Origin: Anthoceros angustus
Lineage: Eukaryota; Plantae; Anthocerotophyta
Assembly: GCA_010909165.1 (NCBI GenBank)
Contig: VJWM01000386.1
Coordinates: 1-24,368, forward strand
Length of the DNA: 24,368 nucleotides
Direction of reading: 5' to 3'
Every line of letters starts with the position of its first letter. Position 1 is the first letter of the stretch. The position numbers and the translations under genes were made by a program. The notes beneath the pieces are model-generated. The model searched no databases and had not been told where the DNA came from. It saw nothing but the letters and a program-made list of their open reading frames with translations. Shown here piece after piece: positions 21,601 to 24,368 of the stretch.

Positions 21601-23786
21601 GCTCTTAAGTCATCAATCCTTCACTCTTGTGCAAGAGCAACATTCCTGCATCTCCTTGGCCCTAGGCTCCCATAGAGACCATCCTACCCATCAAAACCCA
21701 AGGAAAAGCTCAATCCTCAGCCTCCAAAATTGTGCGCCGGCTACCTGCAACTCCCTACTAAGAACTTTCCCAATCAGCTCCCTTGTGTCTTTTGCAAATA
21801 TAAGCTCATACTCCTCACACAAAAGGCACCCCATCTGATCCGATCCCACAGGACGCTTAACTCGAGTTCTATATATCCAGATATCCAACACACCAAGTTC
21901 CCTTGTGCATATCTTGTTGCATACATTTTGGTGTTTCATTATTGAACTCCTCACCAAGCTCCATTCTCCACATTTCTCCTTAGCGAACTCCTTGACCAAC
22001 TCTCGAATCAGCCTACCTTGCTGCCCAATTCTCCTCGCACCACAACGACCTCCCTTCACACCTACTTGCAGCCCAAGCTGAATTTTGCCTTCATGATGCA
22101 CACCCCATTGCGATTCCTTCACCATATTGCAGCCCATCGCAATACTACGCCTTCTGTGGTGCCACCTCCATCTTGCAGCCCAAATTCAGCTTGCCATGGC
22201 CTCTCCTAGTTCGACACGGCCCTATCATGCCATCCTCACATCATTACTCCACCGCAAGTACTTCCACATGCTTGCACGCCATGGCCTCCTCTTGCAAATG
22301 ACTAGCATTTGGTGCACCATAACTCCATTTCTCTCTGTCTTCTTCATCCTTCGCCTTGTGGCCTTCACCCAACCGCAACATGTGCTAGGCACTCTCAATT
22401 CCCTTCCTGAGGGCTGCCTACCTACCAACGTAGGCTGCCTACCTACCTGGTCTTTGGGTACCCAGGCTATAGTGGGTACCCACTCACCCTGTATGCGTGT
22501 TGTTCCTATCACGGTAGGGTGTGCACCTACCATGGTATGCGTCTCCCTATACACCATTTGGCCCTATCCGGCCTGCATCTCTTGAGCTCCTCTCTGGGGC
22601 TCGCTCATGGAGGTTTCCTCCTCCTCCCGGCAACCCCTCGGGTTCTACCACCGCTTCCTCCTCTTCCTTGCAGAGTCCTCCAGCCTTGATGCCGCAGCTT
22701 GACGATGCTTGTCCTCAGTGTCTTCTTCAACATAAAGGCAATGGTCTTTCCATGCTTGGCCTCGAGATGGACAATCTCGAATGGATGCCAAGAACCTTCC
22801 AGCTCCTTGCAATTTCCACACACACACCCGGCCTTGACCTCGCCCTTGCTCACAATTCCCCTAGCTCTTATACCCTTGCTTTTCCACGAGTTTCCAATTC
22901 TGTGATTTGAAGAAGGAATTCTCTAAGGTTCACGATTCTTACATCTTCTCTAGCAAGTTGAGAGTCCCTTCTCCAATTTCTCTTCAATTTTGACATGCCT
23001 TGCTCTTCCCAACACTCCTTTGGGCTTGGGCAAGCATTGCCTTCTTCCTTCCACCCGGCCCTTTCCTTCCTTCTTCTTCTCTTGTTGCACCCTACTTGTC
23101 TTGCCTATTTTCCTCCTCTGCTGCCTAGCTCGCGCCCCTCTTCTCTATCCCCGCACCACGTACATCGCACATCTGTGGGGCTCTTCTCAGCTCTTGGTGT
23201 GGCGGCGCCCCCTGCAGTGTTGGCGCCTCACCTTCAAGTTGTGACCTCCTACACACATGCAGCAGATAAAGATAACTTGGGGTTAGGAATGGTAACTACC
23301 AATCTACTCGCCCTTGGATATGCACCACGTGGCACCTTTTCTGATTGATTGAGTTTCCCAATTCCTCTTATACTAAGATACTATTTTCCCCTAGTTTCCT
23401 AACGGCCCAATCTAGCTTTTAATTTCCTATTCGACCCATTTATCTAGTCCACTATTGGTGGGCATATATAGTGGATATCTCCCTATCCTAATTTCCCTTT
23501 TGTCCAAGATCTCGTACACCCCGGTAGTCCGCCTTCCTCTCGACCTATGGTGTGGCCTCACGGTGTGCCACCTACCGCCCTTTGGACTGCCATTCCCTTG
23601 CACGGGGTCGTTTTGACCCGTTCTTCTTCCTCGGATATCCTCTTCGCCTTCCTAACAATATCCTACAACTCCAGCTTCAAGATTCTAAAATTTCTGGCAT
23701 GCTCCTCTTCAATCGTTCCTAGCCAAAAAAATCAAACTTGTTCGTCTTGGGCTCTTTTGGGCTGGTTGCCCAAACTATGCGCTCCA
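18628..23786 (-). mobile_element. Inverted family-A solo LTR (copy A3, ~5.16 kb)
   Basis: The left end is the reverse complement of the A1 3' end (cctaccac). The right end matches the A2 5' start. No PBS, no pol motifs. The flanks rejoin as family-B sequence. Both termini are slightly degenerate and there is no clean TSD. Confidence 0.85.
20767..20830. repeat. 3 x 21-bp tandem repeat with CCTAC-N4-GTAGG palindromic core
   Basis: Cores at 20767-20780, 20788-20801 and 20809-20822. A related array lies at ~22412-22539. Confidence 0.9.
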
Positions 23787-23820
23787 TGCTAACTACTCGC
23801 ATCGTTCACCGCATGCCCGG

Positions 23821-24368
23821 TGTGGCCAAACGCTTAAGGACCCGTCCGTCCAGAGTTCCTCGTCATTACACGCCCTCTAGTCCGCCTTCCTCTCACTACT
23901 CTTACTACACTCTGCCTCTTGAGAAGAAAACGCGGGTGATCACTCCGGACCTCTCTCCGCTGCTCTACTGTGCCCTCCGTCCGGCCTACACGCCTCCCAA
24001 GTCCCTCCGCTCACTCTGCCCATCCTTCCGACGCTGGACCGCTGCTCCGGACGAGCAAGGGTCCTGTGTCGCTCTTCCCTGCACACACCACCACACGTTA
24101 GGGTCCGCTCACTGTGACCGGACCGGGCCTCCGGTGCCGTGCTCCGCCAAGACTCAGCCTCACGTTAGCAAGAAGACTCACAAGGGTCTGCAAGAAACGC
24201 GGCTTCTACCCCAAGAGAAAGATGATTTATTCAGAGCAGCCTCAGCCCTCTTATACTACGCCCAAGTCGGCCTTTTTATTACACTTATTCTCGAGCCGAG
24301 AGGATAGCAAGTCCGCGTGAGCAGAAGGCGAACGCATGGACGCGCTTGGTGAGGTGAAACCTAGGGCC
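23821..24368 (-). mobile_element. Probable family-B LTR (B2), 3' portion, inverted; runs off the window end
   Basis: Minus strand has TATAAG (24250-24255) and ends ...ttggcCACA at 23821, the inverse of the B1 start TGTGGC. No PBS follows, so it is a 3' or solo LTR. Local homology to B1. Confidence 0.6.

Noticed and set aside
1-24368. Host assignment to a lycophyte or bryophyte based on very short introns
   Set aside because: Suggestive only; the window has no host gene to support a taxonomic call.

Overview
A plant-type nested LTR-retrotransposon cluster; no intact host gene is evident. (1) A + strand non-chromovirus Ty3/Gypsy element (family A, Athila/Tat-like RT signatures). Its 5' LTR (A1) runs from before base 1 to 12778, followed by a PBS at 12782 and a frameshifted gag-PR-RT-RH-INT (about 13498-17827). 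(2) A complete - strand Ty1/Copia element (about 714-11867; ~245-bp LTRs, iMet PBS, PPT) inserted just downstream of the A1 TATA box. (3) A ~4.0-kb family-A solo LTR (A2, 5859-9889) inserted exactly inside the Copia protease motif. (4) A probable LTR of a second family (B1) interrupting the Gypsy integrase at about 17828. B1 is itself interrupted by an inverted ~5.2-kb family-A solo LTR (A3, 18628-23786) and by an inverted family-B LTR (B2, 23821 to the window end). The most unusual feature is the Copia cargo: an apparent antisense gene with three short GT-AG introns and its own promoter between the PPT and the pol stop, plus an extra intact 136-aa ORF upstream of gag. Family-A LTRs are very long and carry arrays of a CCTAC-N4-GTAGG palindrome, often at 21-bp spacing. 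Many indels are homopolymer contractions, so some frameshifts may be assembly errors. All alignments were done by eye and boundaries are approximate to a few bp.
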